From assembly GCF_030028105.1 (NCBI RefSeq), contig NC_092373.1, forward strand, positions 176,739,556-176,803,555: 64,000 bases of DNA, in the 5' to 3' direction. Shown in pieces: positions 36,831 to 51,196 of this stretch. The notes under the pieces were generated by a model that did no database searches, had not been told where the DNA came from, and was given only the letters and a program-made list of their open reading frames with translations. The position numbers and the translations under genes are program-made. Source of the DNA: Mobula birostris (Eukaryota). The stretch's first letter is position 1. Each line of letters opens with the position of its first letter.

Positions 36831-38088
36831 GAGGCATTACTAAATGACAATAAAAGAGGACTGCATGTCTTCATAATCTAAAATGGAGTGACACTGAGTG
36901 ACGCAGAGGTATTGGAATATGCTGGCAGAGAAGTGGAGGCAGATACAGCATTCAGAAGGCATTTAGACAGACAAAGGAGGGATTAAAGACCATGTACAGT
37001 TTAAACTGGCATCATGATCAGCACAAACACCGAGAGATGTCCCACAGGCCCTGTTGGATTGGAGTGTAAAATTGTTACTTTTCTTGGAGTTTAACTTCTC
37101 ACATACTTGTATTTTTACATGATCTATGTACATGTAATTGTTCAGTGAATTTTCTAATACTTGCAGTATCACTGATTCTGTGTTTTACTAGAAAATTGTT
37201 AGTTTTTGCAGCAGGTACCATACTACTTGAATCGAGCTATCCAACAGGTTAATCTATCACTGGAATGTCTTTGCTTTGCCTAGCTCAAATAGTTTTTAGT
37301 ATAGGACGACAACAACTTGCGTTCTTATTGCACCTTAGTAAACAACCAATTTTTATGCCTTGCTCTTGACCTGAAGAACCTTTGGATCACGAAATCTAAG
37401 ATTCAACACATCCCTCTCCTTTCTATCATACTGACCATCTCCACCCGCCCCCCCCCCCCATCCTGAGGCAAGGTCTCAATTGAAAACATTGACCTTCCCT
37501 TCTAGTGTTTTTTTTTAAACCTAATAATTTGGTGCCAAATCAGCATGGCGATTGTTGTCAGCTCTGGGGCTGGATGAAAGGAGCAAAAAAAACAAGCAGC
37601 TCGTAGGATGGGGGAAGAGGCAGAACGAGCCTCTTGTTGGATTTGGAGTAGGCGAGAGGAGGGGAGCTGGAAGCCAGGAGCAGATGGGCAGTGATTTGGC
37701 CACCACTGCCAGCCCACCAACTGGAGAGTGTCATTGTTAAGGGTCGAAACACTCGGTGAAGGTTGGGAACCACCTGATGACATCTGCTCCTGGCTGAAGG
37801 CTACGGTTACCTTATAAGGTAACTAGAGAATGCACCCTAACAGGTGTTTGTAACAAGTGCTTAGTAACAGTTTTTTCCCCCTATCTCTGCAACATTACAA
37901 CAGGAATCTTTACCATCCCACCCTGGGAAGACTTGTTAAACATCTCAGCCACACAGCAGTAATCTGGGTATTACTTTGTCATTTTCCTGGTAACCTGTTT
38001 GCCAAATATAGAAGTCAGTAGCTTGACCAAGTTCCAAGAAACTGTTAAAACCAGTTAAACCTCAAACTGGTAGCAAACTGCTACTCAC

Positions 38089-38280
38089 CAATCCCAGTCC
38101 ACAGCGAGACTCCTTCAGGGTCGCACAACATCCAATGATTCCAATCACAAACATCACCACTGCTATGGCAATTATCACAACAGCTGGGAGCACAGTGTAT
38201 TGATCCTTAAAAAAGTGGGCATAGTCTTTGTAGGTTGATAGCAAGGTGGCTGCTACGTAAGTGAGCACACCTCCAGCAAT
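38089..38280 (-). CDS. tspan36: Tetraspanin-36 exon 2 (IAGGVLTY...IGIIGCCATLKESRCGLGL)
   Basis: ttacag acceptor and gtgagt donor; 192 nt; GCCAT..ESRCGL signature of the TSPAN3/36 group. Confidence 0.95.
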
Positions 38281-38514
38281 CTGTAAGAGAAGAACACACA
38301 CAATCAAATCAAAGTCATGAGGAGGTAGAATACTTTGGTTTATTGCTGAGGTACTGAGAGTGAATCCAAGAGTAGGGTTAGGGCAACGTTTCCATAACTG
38401 CCAGTAAATTCAGAGATGGAATACAAGTGAAGCAATTAAGATTAATAGTTTGATTAAAGTGGACTTTGAAATTGAATTGCAGCAGCACAACTTGAAAAGT
38501 TTAATGATTAAAAA

Positions 38515-38745
38515 GGCAGCACGGCAGTTAGCACAACACTTTTACAGTGCTCATGATCTGGGTTCAATTTTGCTGCAGTATGGAGTTTGTGTTCTCCCTG
38601 TGACCACATAGGTTTCCTCTGGGTGCTGCTGTTTCCTCACGCTGTCCAAAGACGTGTGTTTGAAGGTTAATTGACCTCTAGTGTAATTGGGCCACATCGG
38701 CTCGCTGGGCTAGAAGGGCCTGTCACTGTGCGGTATCACTAAACA
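38515..38745 (+). mobile_element. V-SINE copy
   Basis: Same core as 484-760. Confidence 0.7.
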
Positions 38746-39717
38746 AAAAAGTCTGCTGCTACAAATGCAATCTGGTGCTGGATGATGAAAAGTAGGCTGG
38801 CAAGGTGACAAGCAAACCTACAAATTGGTTTCTGAAGTGGCCAGTGACACCAGAGGCTAAATCTAATCAAAAACTCAAGTAGCCTGAAGATCCACTTAAT
38901 GAGAACTAGGAGAACTGAAGTCAGAATAATACAATCGCAGATTAAGGTGTAGTAAATGGAACTGGAATTGTAACATACAGGCAAATGAAGCTAGTCTTTA
39001 AACTTCTTAAGCCCATCACCCTACTGGGGCATGGGCTGCTGGCATCTGCTATTCTGGGCCAGTCCATCAAGTAGTCTCCAGGTGTAGCCCAACTTCAAAA
39101 GATCCTTCCTCTCTCAGCGGCGAGGCCTCCAGAGTTCCTGTAGCTCTGAGCTTTATAAAAAAAACAACAGAGGGAGAGCAAGCCCCTTGCCCAGCGCTCT
39201 CCTTCCGCAGCCAGGCTGGGCCCGTCCATGGCAGAGTTAGAGCTAGTTTGCTGTGATCATTAACTATAAACCAAAATCCAACTCCCAGCCAACCCTCCCC
39301 CCGCCCCCCCAAAAGTAGTGAGGCTTTCAGATGTTCTTTGCAGCCTCTGGAATGCTGATGATGGCCATTTTCACTTTCTACAAGCAAAACCACAACCATC
39401 CTCTTACCAAGTTCCAAATTCCGCAATGGCCAAACATTTTACTCAGTATTGAATCCTTCCTACTCCGCTTCTAAATGGTCACAGATTCGTGAACTGACCA
39501 GCTTTCTAGATCAGTGCAGCAAATGTGTGGCTACTGCGTGTGTGGCACATGAAGACGTATCAAAGGTACAATATCAAATGTACAAAAACTTCGTTTTCTA
39601 TATTTTAAAAAATTCTTCAGATGCTGGAAACCCAGAGCAACACACAAAATGCTGGAGGAACCCAACAGGTGGTCAAGCAGCAACTATGATGAGGAATAAA
39701 CAGGTGACATGTTGATC

Positions 39718-40480
39718 ATTTATTCTGCTTGGTACTGCGCAAGCACTGCCGGACGGCTATTATAACGCGCAGTCGGTGTGAATGGCGTGGGAGTTAAATT
39801 GTAAAGTAAGCTTTTTTGACTAGATCCCCTAAAGCGATTTGATTGAGTCGATCTTTAAAAATATTGTCAGAAATACTGCGCAGGTCTGGCGGCAGAAGAT
39901 TCCACTCCCTTGTTGATCTTGGGTAGAGGGAGTACTGGTAGCAAATCTTATTGAATGAAGGAGTTTCCAATATGTGAGGTCCAGTTTGTTGTCGAGTTGA
40001 ACTGACCCTGTGACGAATTTGGATGTTTGATGGAGTGATGTTGTGAACTTCTTTGAAAATGAAAATTACCGTAGTTTAATACATCGGTTTTCAAGTGGTT
40101 CCCATCGAAGGTTAGAGAGCATGTTGGTGACACTGGATTTCCTGCTGTAATCATTTAACACACAGTGAGCAGCACGGCGTTGGATTTTTTCGATGGAACT
40201 CTTATTGTTAGCTTGATGGGGATCCTGTATGGCCGCACAATACTCAAGCTTTGGACGGACGGGTGTCTTGTATGCCATGTCCTTGACGGATTTACTACGA
40301 GTGGAGGTTTCTACTCAGGATACCCAGCATTTTATTTGCTTTGGCTGTAATCTGATTGATGTGGCATGCCCAGTTAAGATCCTTGCTAATTTCAACACCA
40401 AGATCTGGGTGTGGGTGACTGTTTCAGGAATCTGTCCATTCATATTTTATGTCGTGTTGATTGATTTAACTTGGTGACTG
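39718..40480 (-). mobile_element. CR1/L2-group LINE 3' part, distinct from the common CR1 family here
   Basis: AYKT.VRPKLEYCAA..DPHQ....IEKIQRRAA..V.NDYSRKSSVTNML. Confidence 0.75.
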
Positions 40481-43400
40481 ACATGCCTAGCTTTGTTTAT
40501 TCATTTCCATAAATACTCCCCAACCTGCTGAGCTCCTCCAGTGTGTGTTCTCAACTTTGTTTTAAATATATGCAAGACTATTAGTAGGCAGCCAATCCAT
40601 CCCAGGGGACCATTGGTGAACTCTCTTCCCGCCCAGGCTTGCCCTGTAGAGATTTGAAGAACCGGCTGTTGCCCATGCAGTGGGTTCCCCCTCTCCATGT
40701 CACTGATGCAGTCCAAGGAAAGGGCAAGCGCCAATACAGCTTGGCACCAGTGTCGTCGCAGAGGTTGCCAGAGTGAAGTTGTAAGCAACATCAAACTGCC
40801 TTAGGAACCCCAGCTCTAGATTTCTTCCTCGGGGTTTACTCCCGAAACCTTTTCAATGGGTGGGTATGGCCGCAAGGCAGCGGAGGTTTGAGAATCAGAG
40901 TTTTCCTTCTCCTAGGCAGGCTGCCTTGCCCCACCTACCCAACTAAATATTGCACTATTTGATATCTGAAGTTATACAATTTCAGCATTGGGTATCACAA
41001 CTTGGAAAGCTGCAGTCTTGGCCACCTTGGCTGATGTGAGAGGCTCCCTGATGTTGTTAATGCAAGCTTGACGTATTATTGTAGTGCACCTTTTTGACTG
41101 CATGACCTGCATTAATTGTATTTTAGTTCTGCTACAGGAGTTTAGAAAACAACATAATTGCATGTTGTGGTGTGAAACATTATTGGAACACTCAACATGA
41201 CAAGAATGACTGGCACAAGCTACTGCATTCACTGCACACTAGTGGACAATCCCACCCAAGCTGGGTGAGGTGATGCAGTTGGGGGGGGAGTGGGGGAGTG
41301 AACAGAGACAAGGAAAAGAGTAGATAATCGAGCTTAAGTTAACCAATAAATTCCATCACCACTGGGATACCACAAGGTTTTTTCTTAAAAAAACAGTCCA
41401 TATGGGGAATACCCACACCAATCCTCAATCACCACTGTTTATTGGCAGCTAGCCATACCAACTGGAAGAATAAGGGGGATCTCATTGAAACCTTTCAAAA
41501 ATTGAGGGTCCTAGATCGAGGTGGTGTGGTGTGAGTCTAGGGTAAGAGCGCACAGCCTCAATACTACAACATCTCTCTAGAACAGAAGAGGAGGAATTTC
41601 TTTAGCCAGAGGGTGGTGAGTCAATGGAATTCATTGTGGAGACCAAGTCACTGGGTATATTTAAAGTATAGGTTGATAGGTTCTGATTAGTGAGGGCACC
41701 AAAGGTTACAGGGGGAAGCAGGAAAACGGGGTTGACAGGGATAACAAATCAGCCACGATAGAATGGTGGAGCTAAATGGCTGAATTCTGCTCCGATGTCT
41801 TAGGGCCTTGGCAACCAAGTGTCAAGTCGTTTGGCAATTCTAGCCAACTTGTCTGGGAAATGCATATAGAAGGGCTAAAGAAACAAGTGTCAGAACCGTT
41901 GAGTTACAGACAGTTGCAGGGAGGTTTAGAATAAACAAGTGCCCCCAGCAGATCAGCTGGCATCTGAAGGATGCAGTTACTACCACAGGCTGATGACTTT
42001 TCAATCAAAACTGACTTATTCTGAAAACTGAATTTAACTGCTTCCAATAAAAGGTCCTCTGAAGTCCTGGGAGCTGTTCAATCGTCACACGGGTTCTGTT
42101 GAACACTTGAAGCTGCCAGAGTACAATGCAGAATTCACAAGGCAACTGGAAGAACAACATCACCCTTTCAGGCCGAGCTGAAGTAGCTGCAAAGTAGTCA
42201 CCTGATACCTGTACCCCTACTCCCCCTCAAACCAAGATAGACAAAAATCGTATCATAGAATGGAGTACACCATTGTTACACTTAGTGGGTCAGATTCACC
42301 ATGTGCTTGCAAATTAGATCCAAGCACAATATCAACTGGAATAGACTTAGAACGGCTAATTCTGAAACCACCCTAGTCTCATATACAACTGCATAATTTG
42401 CTTTTACAAACCAATTTTGCTAATTATGGCACATTGAGTAGCTCTGAATGAAGCACCACTTCCAATTTGCAGAGGCATCAGAGTTCAGCTATGGCATGAC
42501 TGCCTCCAAGGAAAAGCAGGATTACTCTTTTGTCAGATTAAGTGGTTTCTGGCCATAACTGTGTGATTACAACAATGTCTCTGTTCAAGTATTCATCAGC
42601 CATAAAGTTACAATTCCCCTATCTTGGCTCAGTTATAACCGCCAGTTAACTAGTATCCCAGAATATATTGAGTACCATTGTCCCTTTAGTTGTAACTGGT
42701 CTAGCCCTGACTGCCTCATCTTTTCCCGTCACTCCCTTTTGGCCACTTCTGTATCAGCTAACTCTATAGTAATTGCACAGTCAACCCAATCCAATTGCAC
42801 TTGGGCATTTATCATGTCATTTTCCACATCATTGTGGCCATTACAAACAACGATTGACAACCGAGCTGCAGTCAAACGCATGCAATATGCATAGTCAAGT
42901 GCATGCTAGAGAAGCTCAGGCAAGTACGTTTAATTGGTCAGTGACCCATCTGGAGAAGTATTTGGTTTTGGTATTATGCATTTCCTCTTACAAGCAAAGC
43001 CTTGAATAATAAACCACACTGCAAGTGCAAAACCCAGCTGCTATAATGTTGTATTCTTCAACCCCTTGAGGTGCAGTCAACATTCTTGAATTTCACACTA
43101 GTTTTAACAAGATTTTGCTATCAAGACATTCAAGGTCTTGATAAACTATTGGTTAAAGTGAGATCAGCTACTACAATCATGTAAAATTCTTGATTGAAAG
43201 GACAATGCTGATTCACCTTTTGGAAGCTAGTTCTGAAACACCTTTAGACTGGGCCTGCAGTAACCGACAGGTGTACTGTTATCTTTAAACTAACAGTCTA
43301 ATCTTTTGTGTTAGTCATTTCCCTAACTTTGTTCTAGTATGAAGAAAAGTCAAAAGCAACTCTGGATAGTTTAATACTTCAAAACCCTGCCAGGAATGTG

Positions 43401-45616
43401 GTCCAGTTTAAGCATTCTTAGATAAATTCAAAATGGCGATGCCAAGACAGTGAAGACATACAAAGCGAGCTTCCATACGTTAGTGTATAGAACAAAATTT
43501 GAGATCTTTTGTAACTTTATAAAACATTCATTAGAATGTATTAAGTATTGTGTGCAGTTCTGGTCACAAAATTATAGGAAGGATGCTATTTAATGATGGG
43601 ATATAATAGGATAGATTGGACTTGTTTTCTCTGGTGTGAAGATGGCAGTAGAGGGGTGATCCTAGAGGTACATCAAATTGTACAAGAGATAAAAAGGCAT
43701 TAATCAGCATCCTGTCCCAATCCCATGGTAATAGTATCTAAAACTAGGAATTTAAGGGGAAAGTTCTCTTAAAGGATGTGGTTGATATCTGGAACTCACT
43801 GCCAGAGGAGATGAAGTCAAACAATGTTAGTGGGATTTAAATTAGGGAAAGCACAGAAGGGTCCAGACATACTGTAAGGAAATAGGATTAGGGTAAATGA
43901 GAAAAACAAGCATTGACATGAGCTGAAGAACCTGCCTCTTGTCCATACAAGTCCATTGAAGGTACAGGCATTAGGACAGTGCAGTCAGGCCCCTGCAAGT
44001 TTCAAGTTGCTGCTGAGAACCTGGTCAATTCTAAATGTGTACTGCTGTCATTAAAAAAAAAAGTTCCAGCAAATTGGACAGCACTCAAATGATTGAATTC
44101 TTCCTGAGATTCCCATTTAACCCTACCTGCAAACCAAAGGGAAAAAAAACACTTCAAATTCATGTTAGGATAATTTTCCACAAATCTTTGAAGGACAAGG
44201 CAATCTGCAAACTAACTCAACCTCAAGTATATGTAATTTCTCCAAGTTAAAACTAGACCATTGTAGAAAGAAAGTTTGTTGTTCTGCATTAGGAAGGCAG
44301 GCCACCCATTTATTGGCGCTATAGTAATCAAGCCAAGAGAATATGCATTGCTCTTGGAAAGCAGACTTCCGGCTGTTGAACGGCCCTGGGTAAAGTCGGG
44401 GATTTACGTGGTCTGTGTGCTGATCCAAGTTCACAGTCCTATGTTCACACCAGGGTGTTCTTTCAATTTCTTTACTTTTCATTATATAGTGATCACTGGC
44501 AAGAACAACATTTCTTAGCTTACCACCTCAAGTGAAGGTACTTCCCAGACTGTTATGCAGAGAACGCCAAGATTCAGACAGTGACAAAGAAACACATGAT
44601 TTTTTTAAATTAATGTTCTACACAGGGCAAGTGGCTCTAACAATAGAATGCCACTTTTCTTTGAACAACGATTAATAAGTGTCAGATGACAGTTTGACCT
44701 TGTTCTTTCACAACTTTATCCTCAGGTCACACTTCCAACAGGTTTAACGTCAACCGCAAATAAGGCCATTTCAAAATATGGGGGTTATCCAGTCATCACA
44801 ACCACTAAAAACACCACATTAAAATGTTTTTCATCTGTCTATACGACTCTTTGCTGCAGTTTTATGCTGCGTTGCATTCTCCAAATTAAAGATTACAGCA
44901 TGTTGCTTAATTGCCGAAGCAGTTCCGTTTTCTCTCCTTAAATGACAAGGAGAGATTTACCACATTCGAAACTGGACGAACAACTTCAGAGAATCTAGAT
45001 TCAAGGCTAAGAACTGCTTTCAAATAGTGGAAAACGAGTCGTTGTATTAGTATATAAAGATCCCATCGCAAAGACATGCCACGCAGTTCGAGCAGAGCAA
45101 ATCCAGCACGGTAGTGGGATTGGAATCTGCACTCACCAGGAAGTGACCAAGGCATTTTGTTTCAAAACTGATCTAAAATATCTTACATTACAAAATCATG
45201 GATTAACAAATTTTACTTTACCAAGAACTGTGAGGCATGGCGTGTTAAGTTTTTTTTAGTGGGGGGGGGAGGAGGGGTGATTCCGAACTGCCGTAGGCCT
45301 GGAGTCATAATCATGACTACAGTAGGTTTCGTATTGCACAGTGTCGTTACAAAGTTAGGCTGAAAATGCAATAAAAGTAGAAGCAGGAGCAAATGTCGTG
45401 GGTCTTAAGCAGGCTGTAACGCCGTATCGTATGGAGGTAACGCCAGTAATGAACACACCCAGACTTACTGTTAAAGAAAACAAAAACGATCTTATTAGCC
45501 CGTTGTTAGAGCCTCCAAAGCCTTACGAGTTGCGAGAATCCATTAACTGCGAAATGGACCAGCAGCATCAGTAATGTTAAGACAAAGACATTTTAAAGTT
45601 CACCACATACACTTAC

Positions 45617-45676
45617 CCAGAAAATAAAGCTGATGCAAAGGAGGACGGCCTTAGAGGTAAACACACCACAGTCCAT
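45617..45676 (-). CDS. tspan36: Tetraspanin-36 exon 1 (MDCGVFTSKAVLLCISFIFW)
   Basis: Kozak accATGG and donor TGG|gtaagt. The MDCG start fits tspan36 rather than TSPAN3 (MGQCG). The seven exons join to 744 nt, giving 247 aa plus stop. Confidence 0.92.
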
Positions 45677-45759
45677 GGTCTCTGTAGGTAACTCAGCGAA
45701 AGCAGTACCTAGTACCGAAACATAAACTAACACAGCTCCCACTATCTCTATTCCACTTC

Positions 45760-45890
45760 TCCTTTCGCTCGCATCACATTTGATGACATAAATTGCACAT
45801 GACTAATTAACCCGAGTTGATCGAGAGCAAACTGCATTCCGGGGTCCTAGCGCTCCCCGCTGTGAAATGACGTCAGAGCCAATGATTTTC
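45760..45890 (-). promoter_or_regulatory. tspan36 proximal promoter with M-box, CRE and CCAAT
   Basis: AGTCATGTGCA on the - strand at 45794-45804; TGACGTCA at 45868-45875; CCAAT (+ strand) at 45879-45883. Confidence 0.65.
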
Positions 45891-46402
45891 ATCGCTTTTC
45901 TTTCGCTCCCTCCGATTTAAAAAAAACGATCTCAAACTTTGAGTTTTAGTTCGATAAATACGTTACTCAATGACAGACTACCTCTTGAAGACCATTATTT
46001 GTCAAACCCTTCTCATTAAAACTCGTTGTCACACCGCGAGATACTGTCACTCCAGTAGGGTGAGAAAAATGACTTCTGTTTCATCTTATTTTGGCTTCGA
46101 TAACTATCTTCTTGTTGGAACATAGAGCATTTCCAAATTAAATTACATGAACAGTTTCTTAGTTCACTTGTTATTCATTCGAGCCATACGCTCTTCTCGC
46201 TGCGGCCATCAGGTAGAAGGTACAGGAGCCTCAGGACTCCAGGTCAAGAACAGTTACTACCCCTCAACCACCAAACCCTTGAACAAAAGGGGACAAATAC
46301 ACACATTTAAGGGCTCCTTTATCTTGCTATTTCATGCTCGATAATTCGATATTTATTGCTATTTATTTATATCTGCATTTGCATAGTTTGTTGTCCATAT
46401 AT

Positions 46403-47865
46403 AATCATAGTCATACTTTATTGATCCTGGGGGAAATTGGTTTTCGTTACAGTTGCACCATAAAAAAAAGTAATAAAACCATAAAGAATGAATTAGTAAT
46501 ATGTAAATTATGCAAGGAAATAAGTCCAGGACCGGCCTATTGGCTCAGGGTGTCTGACCCTCCAAGGGAGGAGTTGTAAAGTTTGATGGCCACAGGCAGG
46601 AATGACTTCCTATGACGCTCTGTGTTGCATCTCGGTGGAATGAGTCTCCGGCTGAATATACTCCTGTGCCCAACCAGTACATTATGTAGTGGATGGGAGA
46701 CATTGTCCAAGATGGCATGCAACTTAGACAGCATCCTCTTTTCAGATACTACCGTGAGAGAGTCCAGTTCTATCCCCACAGCATCACTGGCCTTACGAAT
46801 GAGTTTGTTGATTCTGTTGGTGTCTGCTACCCTCAGCCTGCTGTGCCAGCACACAACAGCAAACATGATCCACAGACTCGTAGAACATCCTCAGCATCGT
46901 CCGACAGATGTTAAAGGACCTCAGTCTCCTCAGGAAATAGAGATGGCTCTGACCCTTCTTGTAGACGGCCTCAGTGTTCTTAGACCAGTCCAGTTTATTG
47001 TCAATTCGTATCCCCAGGTACTTGTAATCCTCCACCATGTCCACACTGACCCCCTGGATGGAAACAGGGGTCACCGGTACCTTAGCTCTCCTCAGGTCTA
47101 CCACCAGCTCCTTAGTCTTTTTCACATTAAGCTGCAGATAATTCTGCTCACGCCATGTGACAAAGTTTCCTACTGTAGCCTCATCTCCCCTGCTGATGTA
47201 TCCAACTATGGCAGAGTCATCAGAAAACTTCTGAAGATGACAAGACTCTGTGCAGTAGTTGAAGTCCGAGGTGTAAATGGTGAAGAGAAAGGGAGACAAG
47301 ACAGTCCCCTGTGGAGCCCCAATGCTGCTGATCACTCTGTCGGACACACAGTGTTGCAAGCACACGTACTGTGGTCTCCCAGTCAGGTAATCAAGAATCC
47401 ATGACACCAGGAAAGCATCCACCTGCATTGCTGTCAGCTTCTCCCCCAGCAGAGCAGGGCGGATGGTGTTGAACGCACTGGAGAAGTCAAAAAACATGAC
47501 CCTTATAGTGCTCGCTGGCTTGTCCAGGTGGGCGTAGACACAGTTCAGCAGGTAGACAGTGGCATCCTCAACTCCTAGTCAGGGCTGGTAGACGAACTGG
47601 AGGGGATCTAAGTGTGGCCTGACCACAGGCCGGAGCAGCTCCAGAATGAGTCTCTCCAGGGTCTTCATGATGTGGGAGGTCAATGCCACTGGTCTGTAGT
47701 CATTGAGGCTGCTGGGGTGCGGCATCTTCGGCACAGGGACAAGGCAGGACGTCCTCCACAGCACAGGAACCCTCTGGAGCCTCAGGCTCAGGTTGAAGAC
47801 ATGGCGAAGTATTCCACATAGCTGAGGGGCACAGGCTTTGAGCACCCTGGTACTGACACCATCCT
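46403..47865 (-). mobile_element. Rex1/Babar LINE, 5'-truncated
   Basis: [40 protein letters not shown]; (gactat) tail. Confidence 0.92.
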
Positions 47866-49169
47866 TTTTACAGTTACTGTTCTATAGATTTGCTAGGCAT
47901 GCTCATGGAAAAAGAATCTGAGGGTCGTACGTGAATCTCAATAGAATGTACTCTGATAATAAATTTTATTTTGAACTTTTGCACTTTGATTCAGTCACCA
48001 TACCACTGATGGTCAATAAGAATTAAGAAACAAGCCACATTTATCTATTTCACCCTCAGGGGCTAAATTGAAATATCCTAAAAGAATAAGAAAATTTGGA
48101 CTTTCTGGATTTATGTGACCAATTACTGTAGTAGGTGGTTTCTGGCAGACCATTGGAGGAGATTCGAAGTAATTTAACCATTTTATTCCAACAATATAAG
48201 CCATGGATTTATTTCATGACACAAGAGATTACAGATGCTGGAATTTTGAGCAAATAAAAAACAAACTGTCAATGTTTTCGGACAAGACCTGCTTTAGGAC
48301 TTTTTATTTTGATTTGAATTTACCTAAGATGAGATTCAAGTACAAATGTTTTTTTGCACAATGCCAAGCTGTTTAAAAATTTTGTTTTTAAACCTGTTGT
48401 TGGCTGTTTACTGACAGTAGATGCAAAATGGCAACCTCTCCTATCAGTTTTTCCGAACCTCTGCCTCTAAAGTTACACCCTTTGAGTCAAATGTTTGAGG
48501 GTTAAAGTCCGACTCCAGGAACATGACCTCAAATGTATAAAGCAAATTTTCAGAATCAGGTTTGTTATCAGTAACGTACTATGTATGTCATGAAATTTGT
48601 TGTTTTGCAAAAGCAGTACAATTCGGGCAGGTTGGGCTTGTCAGCCTTGGACGGCAGCCCGCCTAGGAGAAGAAAAACTCTGATTTTAAACCTCCGCTGC
48701 CTAGCAGCCATACCCACCGATGGGAAAGGCTTCAGGAGTAAACCCTGAAGAAGAAATCTGGAGCCGGGGTCCCTAAGGAGGTTTGATGTTGTTTACAACT
48801 TCACTCTGACAACCTCTGCGACGACACTGGTGCCAAGCTGTATCAGTGCTGGCCCTTCCCTTGGACTACATCAGTGACATGGAGAGCGGGATCCCGCTGC
48901 ATGGACAACAGCCAGATCTTCAAATCTTCCCGCCCAGGAGTGGACACAGTCTACCAGAAGCACAAACCCATGATCCCCTGGGATCGACGGCTGCCTACAG
49001 TTCAATACATAAAGAAATATTTATAACAAATTAAATGAGTAGTGCGAAAAGAGAGCAAAAATAGTGAGGTAGTGTTCATGGGTTCATTTCTTCATTCAGA
49101 AATTTGATGGCGGAGACTCGTGTCCGTGATGGAGCTTGCTGAGTTTACAACCCTCTGGACCTTTTTCTG

Positions 49170-51030
49170 ATCATAAGACGAAAGGACCTTATGGGATAGG
49201 AGTAGAATTAGGCCATCTGGCTCATTGACTTTGCTCCATCATTTCATCATGGCTGTTCTATTTCCCCTCTCAACCCCATTCTCCTTTTCTCCCTGTAACC
49301 TTTCACACCCTAACTAATCAAGAACTTATCAACCTCTACCTTGAATACACCAAATGGTCTGGCCTCCACAGCTACTTGTGACAACAAATTCTACAGATTC
49401 TCCACCCTCTGGCTAAAGAAATTCCTCCTCATCTCCATTCTAAATGGATGGCCCTCTGTTTTGAGGCTATGCCCTATGGTCTTACATCCTTCCTAACTAG
49501 GTCTTTCAACTCCACTCTCACCCTGAACACCGGCGTGTCTCAAGGCTGTGTGTCGAGCCCTCTTCTATACTCTCTTTTCACCTATGACTGCATTCCTGTA
49601 CATGGTTCTAGCTCCATAATCAAATTCGCAGATGACACCACAGTGGTTGGCCTGATCAGAGGGGATGACAAAACGGGCTACAGGGACGAGGTCCAGCACC
49701 TGGCCGCGTGGTGTGCCGACAACAACCTGGCCCTTAACACCCAGAAGACCAAGGAGATCATTGTGGACTTCAGGCATGCCAGGAGTCACACTCACGTCCC
49801 CATCTACATCAACGGAACTGTAGTGGAGCATGTATCAAGCTTCAAATTCCTTGGTGTCCACATTTCTGATTATCGGCACCCAATTGCCACCATTGAGAAC
49901 ATCTACCATAAACGTTGCCAGGGCAGGGCGAAAAGCATTATCAAGGATGCATCTCACCCTAACCATGGACTTTTTACTCTCCTCCTATCCGGTAGGCGCT
50001 ACAGGAGCCTCCGCTCCCGCACCAGCAGGCACAGGAAGAGCTTCTTCCCTGAGGCTGTGACACTGCTGAACCCCTCATCACAGCGCTAAGCAGTATTGCA
50101 CCCGTATTGTACTGTCTCAGTACTTTTATATTTGTGTGCTGTAGCACTTTTTTTATTTGTAGTTATTTTGTAAATAACACTACTCTTTGCATTTCTGGTC
50201 AGATGCTAAATGCATTTCACTGGCTTTGTATCTGTACTCGGCACAATGACAATAAAGTTGAATCTAATCTAATATAGGTTTCAATGAGATTTCCCTTCAT
50301 TCTCCTAATTTCAAGTGAGTAAAGGCCCACAGCCGTCAAAACACTCCTCATACAATAACTCTTCCATTTCTGGAATCATTCTGACGAATCTCCTCTGAAC
50401 TCTCTCCAATGACAGCACATTCTTTCTTAGCTAAGGGGCCCAAAACTGCTCACGATACTCCAATTGAGGCCTCACCTGTGCCTTATAAGGCCTCAGCATT
50501 ACATGCAACACACATAAAAGTTGCTGGTGAACGCAGCAGGCCAGGCAGCATCTCTAGGAAGAGGTGCAGTCGATGTTTCAGGCCGAGACCCTTCGTCAGC
50601 ATTACATCCTTGCTTTTACAGTATATTCCAGTCCTCTCAAAATGAATGCTAACATTGCATTTGTCTTCCTCACCACCAACTGAATCTGCAAGATAACCCT
50701 CAGGGAATCCTGCACGAGGACTCACATGTCCCTTTGCCCCTTGGGCTTTTGAATTTTCTGCCTGATTAGAAAATAGTCTATGCTTTTGTTCTTTCTACCA
50801 AAGTGCATGACTGTACACTTCCCAACACGGTATTCCATCTCCCATTTCTTTGCACATTCTCTTAATTTGTCTAAATCCACCTGCAGCCTCTATGCTCCAT
50901 CAACGCTATCTGTCCCTCAACCTATCTTCATATCAATCGCAAACTTGGCCAGAAAGCCATCAATTCTGTCATCCAAATCTTTGACACGTAACATTAAAAG
51001 AAGCAGTCCCAACACCAATCCCTTCGGAAC
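49170..51030 (-). mobile_element. CR1 3' region interrupted by Rex1 (about 49500-50273) and Penelope (50504-50597) inserts
   Basis: CR1 3' end 'ataggagtagaattaggccat' on the reverse strand; the CR1 sequence resumes after each insert. Confidence 0.75.
49500..50273 (+). mobile_element. Rex1/Babar LINE, truncated and internally deleted
   Basis: ORF 49448-50089 (QGCVSSPLLYSLFT, KFADDTTVVGLI); (aatct)n tail. Confidence 0.9.
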
Positions 51031-51196
51031 ACCACAATCATTGTTATTTCACTGCTGATTTATGTTTGCTAGGGACTTCCAGCAACAATGAAACAGAATC
51101 ATAACCAGGTTTTATATCACTGGCATATGTCGTGAAGTTTGTTGTTTTGTGGCAGCAGTTTGTTGCAATAGATAATAATAAAAATTATAAATTACA

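Noticed and set aside
25828-45676. Calling the tetraspanin TSPAN3
   Set aside because: The MDCG start, the LSYA.L..L.FAII/FFGM.S segment and the ATP5F1A linkage fit tspan36 better. A phylogeny is still needed.
46622-47404. 260-aa + strand ORF
   Set aside because: Antisense shadow of the Rex1 RT on the - strand.
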